A DNA stretch of 64,000 bases from an uncultured Erysipelotrichaceae bacterium (lineage in GTDB: Bacteria > Bacillota_I > Bacilli_A > RF39 > UBA660), in the NCBI GenBank assembly GCA_902788735.1, contig CADALJ010000001.1, forward strand, positions 4,005 to 68,004, given 5' to 3'. The position numbers were made by a program, and so were the translations under genes. Of this stretch, positions 6,904 to 17,281 are shown piece by piece. The notes below the pieces were generated by a model. It was not told the origin of the DNA. It did no database searches and saw nothing but the letters and a program-made list of their open reading frames with translations. Numbering within the stretch: the stretch's first letter is position 1; the number at the start of each line of letters is the position of its first letter.

Positions 6904-9510
6904 TTGAAAAAAATAATTCTAGTAGATGGTAACAACTTATTATTTAGAAGTTTCTATGCAACAGCATACCAAGGAGTAATCATGAAAAATTCTAAAGGTT
7001 TTCCAACAAATGCTCTTTATGGATTCATTAATATGATGAATAAAATAATTAGTGAAGAAAAACCTAATTACATATTAGTAGCATTTGATAAAGGTAAAAC
7101 CTTTAGACATGATAAATATGCTGATTATAAAGCAGGAAGAATGGCTATGCCAGATGAATTAAAATTACAATTTCCAAAAGCCAAAGAAGTACTTGAAACT
7201 ATGGGTATTAAATACTTTGAAATTGAAAATTACGAAGCAGATGACATAATCGGAACTCTTTCTAGAATAGTAGACGAAGAAGATGAATTTATTGGAACTA
7301 TTATTAGTAGTGATAAAGACCTACTTCAATTAATAAGTGATGAAGTAACAGTTAAATTACTTAAACAATCTGGTCACATAATGATGGATAAAGAAGAATT
7401 TAAAAAGACTTATGGAACAGATCCAATTAGAATGATAGATTTAAAAGCACTTATGGGTGATCCTAGTGATAATATTCCTGGAGTAAAAGGAATAGGTGAA
7501 AAGACTGCTATTAGTTTAATCAGTAAATATGGTAGTTTAGATGGTGTTTATGAACATATAGATGAAATATCAGGAAAGACTAAAGAAAAACTATTAGAAG
7601 ATAAAGAAAATGCTTATAAGAGTTTTGATATTGCCACTATCTATAGAGAGGTACCATTAGGATTTACTTTAGATGATTGTAAATATAATGGTTATAAACC
7701 TGATGAATTTAAGAAATGCTTAGAAGAATTAGAATTTTATTCATTACTTAAGAAACTAGATTTTACCAATGTGGAAGAAAAAGAAGAAGAGAAGAAAGAA
7801 GAAAAAATAGAAATAAAAGATATATCTAGTTTTAAAGAAAAAGAGTTTTCTTTCTATTTAGAAACTAGAGGTAGTGTTTACTCAAAAAGTGAAATCTTAG
7901 GAGTAGGTATTTATGATGGAGAGAATGGATACTTTATTTCTAAAGATGAATTAGTAAACTACAAAGATTTATTTGCTAGTAATATAGAAAAATATACATA
8001 TGACTTAAAGAAAAATATTGTAGTATTAAATGATTTAGGTATAAAGATTAATAATTGTACATTTGATACTATGATAGCTACATATCTACTTGATTATGTA
8101 GTAAAAGATGATATTAGTTTTGTAGCTAGAAGTTTTGATTGTGAAATTCCTGATTATGAAACACTTTATGGTACAGATAAACGTCCTAAAGAAATAGATG
8201 AAGAATCTTTAAAAGAAGTATGTATAAAAAAAGCAAAATTTATATACGAAACAAAAGATAATATATTATCTAAACTAAAAGAAGAAGAAGAAATAGATTT
8301 ATTTAATAATATAGAAATGCCTTTAGCCAGTGTTCTAGCCGATATGGAATTAACTGGTATTAAGGTGGATTGTAACTACTTGTCCGAAGTAGAAAAAGAT
8401 TTAGAAGAAAAGATGAAAACTCTTGAAAAAGATATTTATAAAGATGCAGGAATAGAATTTAACATCATGTCTCCTGCTCAACTAGCTAAAGTGTTGTTTG
8501 TTGATTTAGCTATTAAATATCCAAAAAGAGTTAAAGATAATAAATATTCCACAAGTAAAGATATCTTAGATAAACTTATTAATGTTCATCCAATAATAGC
8601 TAAGATATTAGAGTACAGAACACTTGCAAAATTATATACAAATTATGCAGTAGGATTACGTGAAGAAGTAAGAAGTGATGGAAGAATCCATACAATATTT
8701 ACTCAAACACTAACACGTACAGGACGTCTTTCTAGTATTAGTCCTAATCTACAAAATATTCCAGCTAGAAGTGAGTATTCTAAACTAATTAGAAAAGCAT
8801 TTGTACCAGACGAGGATAGTGTAATTTTATCAAGTGATTACTCACAAGTTGAACTAAGAGTATTTGCCTCAATGTCACATGTTAAAAATTTAATAGAAGC
8901 ATTTAAAGAAGATAAAGATATTCATGCTAAAACAGCATCTGATATATTCCATGTACCATTAGATAAAGTAACTAAAGACATGCGTCGTAATGCTAAAGCG
9001 GTTAACTTTGGTATACTTTATGGTATTAGTAGTTTTGGTCTTTCTGAAGACTTAGGAATAGATATTAATACAGCTAAAAAATTTATTGATAATTACTTAG
9101 AAACATATCCAGAAATATCTGAATATATGGAATCTAAGAAGGCTGAAGCTTATAAGTATGGTTATGTTAAAACATTAATGAATAGAAAAAGAGTTATTGA
9201 AGAATTAAATAATAAAAACTATTTAATTAGAAGTAGTGGAGAGAGAATGGCTCTTAATACTCCTATTCAAGGAACTGCTGCTGACATTCTAAAGAAAGCA
9301 ATGGTAGAAATATTTAATGAGTTTAATCGCCGTAATTTAAAAAGTAAAATGTTAATTCAAGTACACGATGAATTGGTATTTAATGTACTTAATTCTGAAT
9401 TAGAAGAAGTTAAAGAAATAGTAAGAGATATTATGGAAAATACATTTAAACTAGAAGTACCTCTAAAAGTAGATATTGAATATGGTACTAACTGGTATGA
9501 AGCAAAGTAG
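6904..9510 (+). CDS. polA: DNA polymerase I (5'-3' exonuclease, 3'-5' exo-like and polymerase domains)
   Basis: ILVDGNNLLFRSFYA N-terminus; polymerase motifs RRNAKAVNFGILYGIS and QVHDELVF. TTG at 6904 with AGGTGA RBS preferred over GTG at 6895. Confidence 0.9.
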   Translation: MKKIILVDGNNLLFRSFYATAYQGVIMKNSKGFPTNALYGFINMMNKIISEEKPNYILVAFDKGKTFRHDKYADYKAGRMAMPDELKLQFPKAKEVLETMGIKYFEIENYEADDIIGTLSRIVDEEDEFIGTIISSDKDLLQLISDEVTVKLLKQSGHIMMDKEEFKKTYGTDPIRMIDLKALMGDPSDNIPGVKGIGEKTAISLISKYGSLDGVYEHIDEISGKTKEKLLEDKENAYKSFDIATIYREVPLGFTLDDCKYNGYKPDEFKKCLEELEFYSLLKKLDFTNVEEKEEEKKEEKIEIKDISSFKEKEFSFYLETRGSVYSKSEILGVGIYDGENGYFISKDELVNYKDLFASNIEKYTYDLKKNIVVLNDLGIKINNCTFDTMIATYLLDYVVKDDISFVARSFDCEIPDYETLYGTDKRPKEIDEESLKEVCIKKAKFIYETKDNILSKLKEEEEIDLFNNIEMPLASVLADMELTGIKVDCNYLSEVEKDLEEKMKTLEKDIYKDAGIEFNIMSPAQLAKVLFVDLAIKYPKRVKDNKYSTSKDILDKLINVHPIIAKILEYRTLAKLYTNYAVGLREEVRSDGRIHTIFTQTLTRTGRLSSISPNLQNIPARSEYSKLIRKAFVPDEDSVILSSDYSQVELRVFASMSHVKNLIEAFKEDKDIHAKTASDIFHVPLDKVTKDMRRNAKAVNFGILYGISSFGLSEDLGIDINTAKKFIDNYLETYPEISEYMESKKAEAYKYGYVKTLMNRKRVIEELNNKNYLIRSSGERMALNTPIQGTAADILKKAMVEIFNEFNRRNLKSKMLIQVHDELVFNVLNSELEEVKEIVRDIMENTFKLEVPLKVDIEYGTNWYEAK

Positions 9511-9518
9511 GTGAAGTT

Positions 9519-10340
9519 ATGCCCGAAAAACCAGAAGTCATCACAGTAGTAAATAATTTAAAAGAAAGAATTATTGGTAAAAAGATAGTAGGATGTAATA
9601 TCTATTGGGATAATATAATTGCATATCCTACTACTAATGAATTCAAAAAAGAAATAATAAATCAAAAGATAAATACAATAAGTACGCGTGGTAAATTTAT
9701 TGTAATTGGTTTAGATGATTATTCATTATTAATTCATTTAAGGATGGAAGGAAAGTTCTTCTTTAGAGGCAAGAATGATTCCATAAATAAACATGAACAT
9801 GTAGAATTAATATTTTCTGATGATACTAGTTTTAGATATCATGATACTAGAAAATTTGGAAAGATGTATTTAATACCTATAGAAGATACTTATAAGGTAA
9901 AACCATTATCTATGCTAGGATTAGAGTATAATGATAAAAATCTAACTAAAGAATATTTATATAATAAAATTCATAATAAAAGTCTACCTATAAAAACAGT
10001 TTTATTAGATCAATCTATAATAACTGGTATTGGTAATATTTATGACGATGAAGTATTATTCTTAAGTGGTATTAATCCTAATAGAAAAGCAAATAAAGTA
10101 ACTTTAGATGAATGTGAAAAGATAATCACAAATACTAATAAGGTTCTTGATAAAGCTATTAAATTAGGAGGAACTACAATTAAATCTTTCACATCTAGTG
10201 AAGGAGTTCATGGATTATTTCAAAATTGCTTATTAGTTCATGGAAAGAGTGGAGAACCTTGCCCTAAATGTAATACAATACTAGAAAAAACAAGAATAGG
10301 TGGACGAGGAACAAGTTATTGTAAAAAATGCCAAAAGTAA
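9519..10340 (+). CDS. mutM: formamidopyrimidine-DNA glycosylase
   Basis: N-terminal MPEKPEV (catalytic Pro2/Glu3), H2TH, and a C-terminal zinc finger CPKC..CKKC. Confidence 0.9.
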   Translation: MPEKPEVITVVNNLKERIIGKKIVGCNIYWDNIIAYPTTNEFKKEIINQKINTISTRGKFIVIGLDDYSLLIHLRMEGKFFFRGKNDSINKHEHVELIFSDDTSFRYHDTRKFGKMYLIPIEDTYKVKPLSMLGLEYNDKNLTKEYLYNKIHNKSLPIKTVLLDQSIITGIGNIYDDEVLFLSGINPNRKANKVTLDECEKIITNTNKVLDKAIKLGGTTIKSFTSSEGVHGLFQNCLLVHGKSGEPCPKCNTILEKTRIGGRGTSYCKKCQK

Positions 10341-10368
10341 GTTGAAAAACTTACTTTTTTTGTTGTAT
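10336..10368 (+). terminator. intrinsic terminator after mutM
   Basis: Hairpin gtaagtt-gaaaa-aacttac followed by T7. Confidence 0.6.
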
Positions 10369-10397
10369 CTTAGTAGTATACATGCTATAATATATAT

Positions 10398-10528
10398 GTA
10401 TTAATTAACTAGCCAAGCGTTAATATGACAATTCGGGACGCTAGGGTTTGTTTACTTAGGGCTAGGAGTAAACTTGCATGCTGCGGGATATCCCTTTCAA
10501 TAGGATGAAGGGGGTATCCCGTTTTTTG
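10398..10528 (+). ncRNA. unclassified structured sRNA / 5' leader (about 130 nt) with its own sigma-A promoter and strong intrinsic terminator, upstream of the Fic-domain gene
   Basis: TTGTAT-17-TATAAT at 10363-10391. Internal stems (gtttac/gtaaac; ctagc../..gctag). Terminator cgggatatccc/gggggtatcccg plus U-run at 10484-10527. No RBS-led ORF. Confidence 0.4.
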
Positions 10529-10606
10529 TTTTTAGGAGGTGATTAATTCAAGGTGTTATATGCAAGTTTCTAATTAATCAAAAGAAAAAAATAGGAGGTT
10601 TTAAAA

Positions 10607-11539
10607 ATGAAAAATGAAATATTAATATTTGAAAATGAAGAAATTAAATTAGAAGTAAATATGAAAGGAGATACAGTATGGCTAACACAAGCACAAATGG
10701 CTGAACTATTTGGAAAGGCTAAATCAACAATTAATGAGCATATTAATAAGATATATAAGAGTAAAGAATTATTAGAAAATGATACTATGACAAAATTCGG
10801 AAATTCCGAATTTGCTGATAAACCAACAAATTATTATAATCTTGATATGGTTATAAGTGTAGGATATCGTGTTAATAGTAAAAAGGGTATTGCTTTTAGA
10901 AGATGGGCAACTAAAGTATTAAAAGAGCACTTAATAAAAGGATATACTATTAATCAAAAAAGATTAGAGTATTTAGAAAAAACAGTTCAATTAATAGATA
11001 TTGCTACTCGTGCTAATGATAGACTAGAAGGTAATGACGCTAAAGAAGTATTAAAAGTAATTGGAAATTATTCTAAGGCATTAGATTTATTAGATGATTA
11101 TGATCATAGAAAAATAGAAAAACCTAAAGGTATTAATAGTGATATTAAGATTAGTTATGATGAATGTATGTCTATTATTTCTATGTTAAGATTTAATGAA
11201 GAAAGTGATATATTTGCGATAGAAAGAAATAGAGGATTAGAATCAATAATAAATAATATCTATCAAACATTTGATAATTGTGATGTATATAAAAGTATAG
11301 AAGAAAAAGCATCTAACTTTCTATATATGATTATAAAAAATCATGTATTTATAGATGGCAATAAAAGAATAGCTGCAACTTTATTTATCTATTTTCTGCA
11401 TTCATATGATATTCTTTATAGAAATGATAAACAAGTAATTGATAATAATACATTAGCTGCATTAACTTTATTAATTGCTGAATCTAATCCTAAAGAAAAA
11501 GAAATAATAATAGATTTAGTAATGAATTTCTTAATTTAA
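10607..11539 (+). CDS. Fic/Doc-family protein with RhuM-like N-terminal domain
   Basis: C-terminal degenerate Fic motif HVFIDGNKRIAA; the N-terminal half resembles the RhuM virulence-protein family; strong AGGAGG RBS. Confidence 0.7.
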   Translation: MKNEILIFENEEIKLEVNMKGDTVWLTQAQMAELFGKAKSTINEHINKIYKSKELLENDTMTKFGNSEFADKPTNYYNLDMVISVGYRVNSKKGIAFRRWATKVLKEHLIKGYTINQKRLEYLEKTVQLIDIATRANDRLEGNDAKEVLKVIGNYSKALDLLDDYDHRKIEKPKGINSDIKISYDECMSIISMLRFNEESDIFAIERNRGLESIINNIYQTFDNCDVYKSIEEKASNFLYMIIKNHVFIDGNKRIAATLFIYFLHSYDILYRNDKQVIDNNTLAALTLLIAESNPKEKEIIIDLVMNFLI

Positions 11540-11541
11540 CA

Positions 11542-11569
11542 AAATAGTAGTTTCAAAACTACTTTTTTT
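11542..11569 (+). terminator. intrinsic terminator
   Basis: Hairpin agtagttt-caaa-actact followed by T7. Confidence 0.6.
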
Positions 11570-11605
11570 ATTGTATAATGTAAGAGAATAAGGTTGGCGA
11601 TGTAG

Positions 11606-13009
11606 ATGAAAAAAACTAAAATTATATGTAGTATAGGGCCTGCAAGTAATAACGTAGAAGTAATGAGACAAATGGCACTAAAGGGAATGAATTGTGTAAG
11701 AATTAATCTTTCCCATGCTACAGAAGAAAGTGCACTAAGCGTTATAGATAATGTTCGTGAAGTAAGAAGATTAACTAATTTACCTATAGCTGTTATGTAT
11801 GATACAAAAGGTCCTGAATTTAGAACATTAGAATTTATAAATGGTGGAGTAAAATTAAAAACTGGGGAACTTATTAAGATGACTAAAAGACAAACTCTTG
11901 GTAATAACTTTGAATTTAGTGTAAATCATCCAGAAGCAATAGATCAAATCCGAGTAGGAGATAAAGTATTAGTAGATAATGCTTTATTTGAATTAGAAGT
12001 AGTTAATAAGAATAGTGAAGAAGTATTATTAAAAGCATTAAATGACGGAGAAATAAAAAATCATAAAACTATAAATGTTCCAGGTGTTGATTTACATCTA
12101 CCATTCATTAGTGATACAGATTATAAAGATATAGTTTTTGCTGCAACTCATTCATGTGATTATCTAGCATTATCATTCGTTAATTGTAAAGAAGATGTTT
12201 TTAAAGCAAGAGATATAATTACATCATCAGGTGGAGATGCAAAAATAATTTCTAAAATAGAAAGCCAAAAGGGTATAGAAAATTTAGATGAAATTATAGA
12301 TGCCAGTGATGGTATAATGGTAGCTCGTGGAGACTTAGGAGTAGAAGTACCACTTGAAAAATTACCAATGTTCCAAAAAGAAATAATTAAAAGATGTAGA
12401 GAACAAGGAAAATTTGCAATTGTTGCTACAGAAATGCTTGCTTCAATGTATACTTCATCTCGCCCAACTAGAGCTGAAGTTACTGATATTGCTAATGCTG
12501 TTTTAGATGGTACTGACTGTGTAATGCTATCTGGAGAAACTACTATAGGTAAATTTCCAATAGATGCTGTAGGCTATATGAGTAAAATATGTGAAGAGGC
12601 CGAAAGAAACATTGATTATTCTAAACATATGCTTTATAAGAAAAAAATAAAAGTAACTGATACTATAGCTAAATTAGTAGTAGATGCAGTAGAGTATGAT
12701 AATATAAGATTAATAGTTACTCCTACAATGACAGGTTATACTGCAAGAAAAATAAGTAACTTAAGACCAAATTGTCCAATACTTGCATGTTGTCCTACAT
12801 CACATATTGCTGAAAAAGTATCACTTAACTTTGGAGTAAAACCAGTAACTACAGAGATGTATGATAATCTAGATGAAATGATTGAAAAAATAAAAGCCAT
12901 TGCTATAAATGAATTTAATCTATTAGAAGGTGACTTAATCATAATAACTGGAGGATTCCCACTAGGTAGAACTCATACAACAAACAATATTAGAATAGTA
13001 GAAATATAA
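11606..13009 (+). CDS. pyk: pyruvate kinase
   Basis: TKIICSIGPAS..MNCVRINLSH..MVARGDLGVE..GETTIGKFP motifs; 467 aa. Confidence 0.9.
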   Translation: MKKTKIICSIGPASNNVEVMRQMALKGMNCVRINLSHATEESALSVIDNVREVRRLTNLPIAVMYDTKGPEFRTLEFINGGVKLKTGELIKMTKRQTLGNNFEFSVNHPEAIDQIRVGDKVLVDNALFELEVVNKNSEEVLLKALNDGEIKNHKTINVPGVDLHLPFISDTDYKDIVFAATHSCDYLALSFVNCKEDVFKARDIITSSGGDAKIISKIESQKGIENLDEIIDASDGIMVARGDLGVEVPLEKLPMFQKEIIKRCREQGKFAIVATEMLASMYTSSRPTRAEVTDIANAVLDGTDCVMLSGETTIGKFPIDAVGYMSKICEEAERNIDYSKHMLYKKKIKVTDTIAKLVVDAVEYDNIRLIVTPTMTGYTARKISNLRPNCPILACCPTSHIAEKVSLNFGVKPVTTEMYDNLDEMIEKIKAIAINEFNLLEGDLIIITGGFPLGRTHTTNNIRIVEI

Positions 13010-13036
13010 AAAAGAATTACTTTTTAGTAATTCTTT
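13010..13036. terminator. bidirectional terminator between convergent pyk and the minus-strand membrane-protein gene
   Basis: Hairpin aaagaattac-ttttt-agtaattcttt with flanking A/T runs. Confidence 0.55.
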
Positions 13037-13322
13037 TATTTTGTAAATAATAATCATATAATTTTTGAACATTATTTTCTAAATAATAATAATGAAAAAT
13101 ATAAGGTATAAATAAACATAATAATAAAATAAATAATACAAATACTAATATATTTTCAGTTATTAAAAATCCTATAAAAAATAATACCATTGCGATTCCT
13201 ACAAAAAATGTAACTATCAAATGAACTAATCTTTCATGTTGGAAGAATATAATATAATTAATATCTATTTTTTCTTTTCCTTCATCTAAAGATTTAATAT
13301 ATTCATGTAATTTCATTTTCAT
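13017..13322 (-). CDS. small integral membrane protein (2 TM)
   Basis: Hydrophobic segments; overlaps the gmk start (operon). Confidence 0.5.
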   Translation of the reverse strand: MKMKLHEYIKSLDEGKEKIDINYIIFFQHERLVHLIVTFFVGIAMVLFFIGFLITENILVFVLFILLLCLFIPYIFHYYYLENNVQKLYDYYLQNKRITKK

Positions 13323-13999
13323 ATTTTTTCTCCTAAACCGTCATTATCAAAATCATCGTTCATAAGTATCTCATGGATTTCTTCTTCTTTAGTATCTAGA
13401 TATACTTCTTCAATTCTATCAACTCTGCATTTCTCAGCCTTTAGAATAGATTCAACTTTATCAACAGCTTCATCTAATTTATCATTAACTACTACATAGT
13501 TATATTTTGTAACTTCATTAACTTCTTTATATGTTGCGTGAAATCTTTTAATAATTTTTTCATTTGTCTCAGTACCACGTGCTTTAAGTCTTCTAACTAA
13601 TTCCTTTAATGAAGGAGGCATAATAAATATAAATATTGCTTCAGGAACTAATTTTTTAATATTAGAAGCTCCTTCAATTTCAATGATTAATATAACATCA
13701 ATACCTTTATCTAGTTTTTCTTTAATATACTTTTTAGGAGTACCATAATAATTTCCTGCATAATTAGTATATTCTAAGAAGAATCCTTCTTCAATTCTCT
13801 TTTCAAATTCTTCTTTACTTAAATAATAATAGTCAACACCTTCTTTTTCCCCTTCACGAGGAGCTCTAGAAGTAGCTGATACAGATACCCAAAGATTATT
13901 CCCATCTCTCTTCATTAATTCTTTTACTACAGTATCTTTACCAGCACCACTAGGTGCACTAATAACTATTAATTGTCCTGACTTTTTACTCTTTATCAT
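13319..13999 (-). CDS. gmk: guanylate kinase
   Basis: P-loop SAPSGAGKDT plus SATSRAPREGE..GVDYYYLSKEEF..LEYTNYAGNYYGTP. Confidence 0.85.
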   Translation of the reverse strand: MIKSKKSGQLIVISAPSGAGKDTVVKELMKRDGNNLWVSVSATSRAPREGEKEGVDYYYLSKEEFEKRIEEGFFLEYTNYAGNYYGTPKKYIKEKLDKGIDVILIIEIEGASNIKKLVPEAIFIFIMPPSLKELVRRLKARGTETNEKIIKRFHATYKEVNEVTKYNYVVVNDKLDEAVDKVESILKAEKCRVDRIEEVYLDTKEEEIHEILMNDDFDNDGLGEKI

Positions 14000-15131
14000 A
14001 ATTACCTCCTATATAAATTAACTTTTCTTCTTCCTTCTTATAAGAATTGTTTTTTAAATTATAAATATTAGTAGTTTGTAGTTCAAACTCTAACATAGGA
14101 TCCTTTTCTTTAGTAATTTTACTAATTATAGGAATAGATATATCCTTTTTAATAGAGTTCAAGTAACTTTTACCAGTATCATTGAAACCCAGTATTCTAA
14201 TATAGCTTATATCTTTGAAAAGGTTAGCTTTTTCTTTAGTAAAATTACATAGAATATGTAAAAGCATTCTACTTATTTTATTATAAGTATATCTCTTAGT
14301 TTTAACTAATTTAATTAATTCATCATAGGTGTTAGCCTTATTAATATGTTTCTTTAATAACTTATCTATTCCTTCTTCAACAGTTTGATAAATATCTAAA
14401 TCTTCTGTCATAATTTTATATTTTAATATATCAAAATAATCATTTATAAAATGTAAGTTACTATAATAATTAATTGTATCTTTAGGTACCACAGAAGATA
14501 TATCAATATTATTTTTTAATGCTTCACGAATAGCTGAAGCAGACGATAAGTTATCACTTAGCTCTAATTCATGATAATTATTAGTTCTTTTTATTGTTTC
14601 GTATTTAATTTTATAATTATTTTTTAATATAGTTTTTATATAACTAATTCCAAGTAAATCATTAGGTTCATCTATTTTTTTATGAGTTAAATCAGATAAA
14701 GCTAATGATAAAGCAGTAGGGTAATTATTACCGAATTTAGAATATATTTTAACAAGTCTATCGAATTCAGGATTATCTATTTGTGTTTTAGCAATCAATT
14801 CTAAAGAAGATACATCATCAGATTCACTACCAAAAACTATTTTTTCTACATTTAGTTTTTCAAGTAATGTAACTGCACCATATGCAAAAAAGTCAGCACT
14901 TTGTGTAGCAAAAGGATAAGGAAGTTCAACTACTAAATCTATTCCATGTTTAAGAGCAATCTCACTTCTTTTCCACTTATCAATAATGGCACAATCACCA
15001 CGTTCAGTAAAATTACCAGTCATAACTAAAATAATAGAATAATCTTTATATTTTTCTTTTATTTTATTTATATGATATAAATGACCATTATGAAATGGAT
15101 TGTATTCAGCTATAATACCAATTGATTTCAT
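13986..15131 (-). CDS. tmcAL: tRNA(Met) cytidine acetate ligase / nucleotidyltransferase (UPF0348, YlbM-like)
   Basis: N-terminus MKSIGIIAEYNPFHNGHLYH (HxGH motif). Start moved to MKSIG behind a GAGGGA RBS. Confidence 0.75.
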   Translation of the reverse strand: MKSIGIIAEYNPFHNGHLYHINKIKEKYKDYSIILVMTGNFTERGDCAIIDKWKRSEIALKHGIDLVVELPYPFATQSADFFAYGAVTLLEKLNVEKIVFGSESDDVSSLELIAKTQIDNPEFDRLVKIYSKFGNNYPTALSLALSDLTHKKIDEPNDLLGISYIKTILKNNYKIKYETIKRTNNYHELELSDNLSSASAIREALKNNIDISSVVPKDTINYYSNLHFINDYFDILKYKIMTEDLDIYQTVEEGIDKLLKKHINKANTYDELIKLVKTKRYTYNKISRMLLHILCNFTKEKANLFKDISYIRILGFNDTGKSYLNSIKKDISIPIISKITKEKDPMLEFELQTTNIYNLKNNSYKKEEEKLIYIGGNYDKE

Positions 15132-15298
15132 AACATCCCTCATTTCTTTTTTTGTATTTTAACATAAAACATTTATTTATACAATCGTCATAATAATAAA
15201 ACAATAAGAATAATATTATGTAAAGTAGATGGAATTTGATGTAAATACTATAAAAAGTAGTGTAAATTATGATATAATTTTGTAAATGGAGTGATAGT

Positions 15299-16375
15299 AT
15301 GAAAGCAATTATTGTTGCAGGAGGTACTGGTGGACATATCTATCCAGCTATTGCGATTATTAATAAAATTAAAGAAAAAGAACCTAAAAGTAAATTTTTA
15401 TATATAGGTACTAGTGATAGAATGGAAAAAGATATTATCCCAAAATTAGGTATAGATTTTGTTGGTATTGAAATGAGTGGACTATCAAGAAAAAATATTT
15501 TTTCTAATGGCACTGTAATAAAGAAGTTTTTTAAAGCTGTTAAAAAAGCAAAAGAAGAAATAAGAAAGTTTTCTCCTGATATAGTAATAGGTGCTGGAGG
15601 TTATATTACTGCACCAGTTTTATATGCAGCACATAAATTAAAAGTTCCAACTTTGATTCATGAACAAAACTCTATCCCAGGTATATCAAATAAATTTATT
15701 GGTAGTTTTGCTGATAGAATTTGTGTATCACTTCCAAATAGTATTAATTTATTTCCTAAAAAGAAAACCGTTTATACAGGAAATCCTAGAAGTGAAGAGA
15801 TAATTTCTGTTAAAAAGAAAAGTAAAAAAAGTTTAGGATTTGATGAAAATAAAAAATTAGTTGTCTTTGTTATGGGTAGTTTAGGTAGTACTACTATGAC
15901 AGAAAAACTAAAAGAATTAATTCCAATGTTTAAAGATAAGGCCTATCAAGTACTTATTATTACTGGTAAAAACTATTTTGATAATTATAAAGATATAGAA
16001 TTAAGTAAAAATGTTAAAGTAGTACCATTTATGGAAGACTTGATTAATTTGCTTAAAGATAGTGATTTAATAGTATCACGTGCTGGAGCTTCAACAATAG
16101 CTGAAATAACTGCGATAGGGCTTCCTGCTATATTAGTTCCAAGCCCATATGTTACTAATAATCATCAATATAAGAATGCCAAAGAATTAGAAGATAATGG
16201 AGCTTGTCATATAATCGAAGAAAAAGACTTTACTGCACTAAAAGTAATAAATGAAATAGATAAAGTCTTTGATAATAAAACTTCATATGAAAAAATGAAA
16301 GAAAATAGTAAAAAATTAGGAATAGTAGATTCTGCTACTAGAATTTATGAAGAATCAAGAAAGATAATAGGGTGA
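15299..16375 (+). CDS. murG: UDP-GlcNAc:undecaprenyl-PP-MurNAc-pentapeptide GlcNAc transferase
   Basis: MKAIIVAGGTGGHIYPAIAI and GAGGYITAP motifs. Confidence 0.9.
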   Translation: MKAIIVAGGTGGHIYPAIAIINKIKEKEPKSKFLYIGTSDRMEKDIIPKLGIDFVGIEMSGLSRKNIFSNGTVIKKFFKAVKKAKEEIRKFSPDIVIGAGGYITAPVLYAAHKLKVPTLIHEQNSIPGISNKFIGSFADRICVSLPNSINLFPKKKTVYTGNPRSEEIISVKKKSKKSLGFDENKKLVVFVMGSLGSTTMTEKLKELIPMFKDKAYQVLIITGKNYFDNYKDIELSKNVKVVPFMEDLINLLKDSDLIVSRAGASTIAEITAIGLPAILVPSPYVTNNHQYKNAKELEDNGACHIIEEKDFTALKVINEIDKVFDNKTSYEKMKENSKKLGIVDSATRIYEESRKIIG

Positions 16376-16379
16376 TATT

Positions 16380-17279
16380 ATGCTAGATGAACTTGAGAAA
16401 TTAAATATAGGTAAAATTGAAACTAATGTTTCCCTAAAAAAGTGTACTACTTATAGAGTTGGAGGAAATGCTAAATATATAGCGTATCCTAAAAATGTTA
16501 ATTCTTTAGTAAAACTAATTAAATATTTAAAAAATAAAAATATTAAATATAAAGTACTAGGTAATGGATCTAATTTATTATTTAGTGAAAAAGAATATGA
16601 TGGAGTATTAATTAAATTAAGTGAATTTAATTGCCTTACATTCATTGGCAAAACCAAATTAAGAGTAGGAGCAGGATTTAATTTAATAAAACTAAGTTTA
16701 GTAACAGCTAAGAAAGGACTTACTGGATTAGAGTTTGCCTCAGGTATCCCAGGTACAGTAGGTGGTAGTGTGTTTATGAATGCTGGTGCCTATAAAAGTG
16801 ATATGGGTTATGTAGTAGAAAGTGTTAAAGTATTAACACCAGATGAAAAAATAATTAATTTAGAAAATAAAGAAATGAATTTCCATTATCGAACATCTTT
16901 CTTAAAGACACACCCTGGATATATTTGCTTAGAAGTAATTATAAAGCTTCAAAAAGGTAAGAAAGAAGCAATAGAAGCATTAATTAAAGATAGACGTGAA
17001 AGAAGATTATCTTCTCAGCCTCTAGAGTACCCAAGTGCTGGTAGTGTATTCCGAAATCCTACAGATAACTTTGCTGGTAAATTAATAGAAGATAGTGGAT
17101 TAAAAGGGCAAAAACATGGTGGAGCTATGATTAGTTCTAAACATGCTAATTTCATAGTCAATTACAAAAATGCAACAGCTGACGATATTAAGTATTTAAT
17201 AGAACTTGCCCATGATAAAGTAAAAGAAAACTATAATATAGATCTTAAAATAGAACAAGAATTTGTTAATTGGGAGTAA
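16380..17279 (+). CDS. murB: UDP-N-acetylenolpyruvoylglucosamine reductase
   Basis: FAD-binding RVGGNAKY and a C-terminal SAGSVFRNP motif. Confidence 0.9.
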   Translation: MLDELEKLNIGKIETNVSLKKCTTYRVGGNAKYIAYPKNVNSLVKLIKYLKNKNIKYKVLGNGSNLLFSEKEYDGVLIKLSEFNCLTFIGKTKLRVGAGFNLIKLSLVTAKKGLTGLEFASGIPGTVGGSVFMNAGAYKSDMGYVVESVKVLTPDEKIINLENKEMNFHYRTSFLKTHPGYICLEVIIKLQKGKKEAIEALIKDRRERRLSSQPLEYPSAGSVFRNPTDNFAGKLIEDSGLKGQKHGGAMISSKHANFIVNYKNATADDIKYLIELAHDKVKENYNIDLKIEQEFVNWE

Positions 17280-17281
17280 AT

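Noticed and set aside
12736-12942. 68-aa antisense ORF within pyk.
   Set aside because: Antisense to pyk; spurious.
16451-16657. 68-aa antisense ORF within murB.
   Set aside because: Antisense to a conserved gene; spurious.
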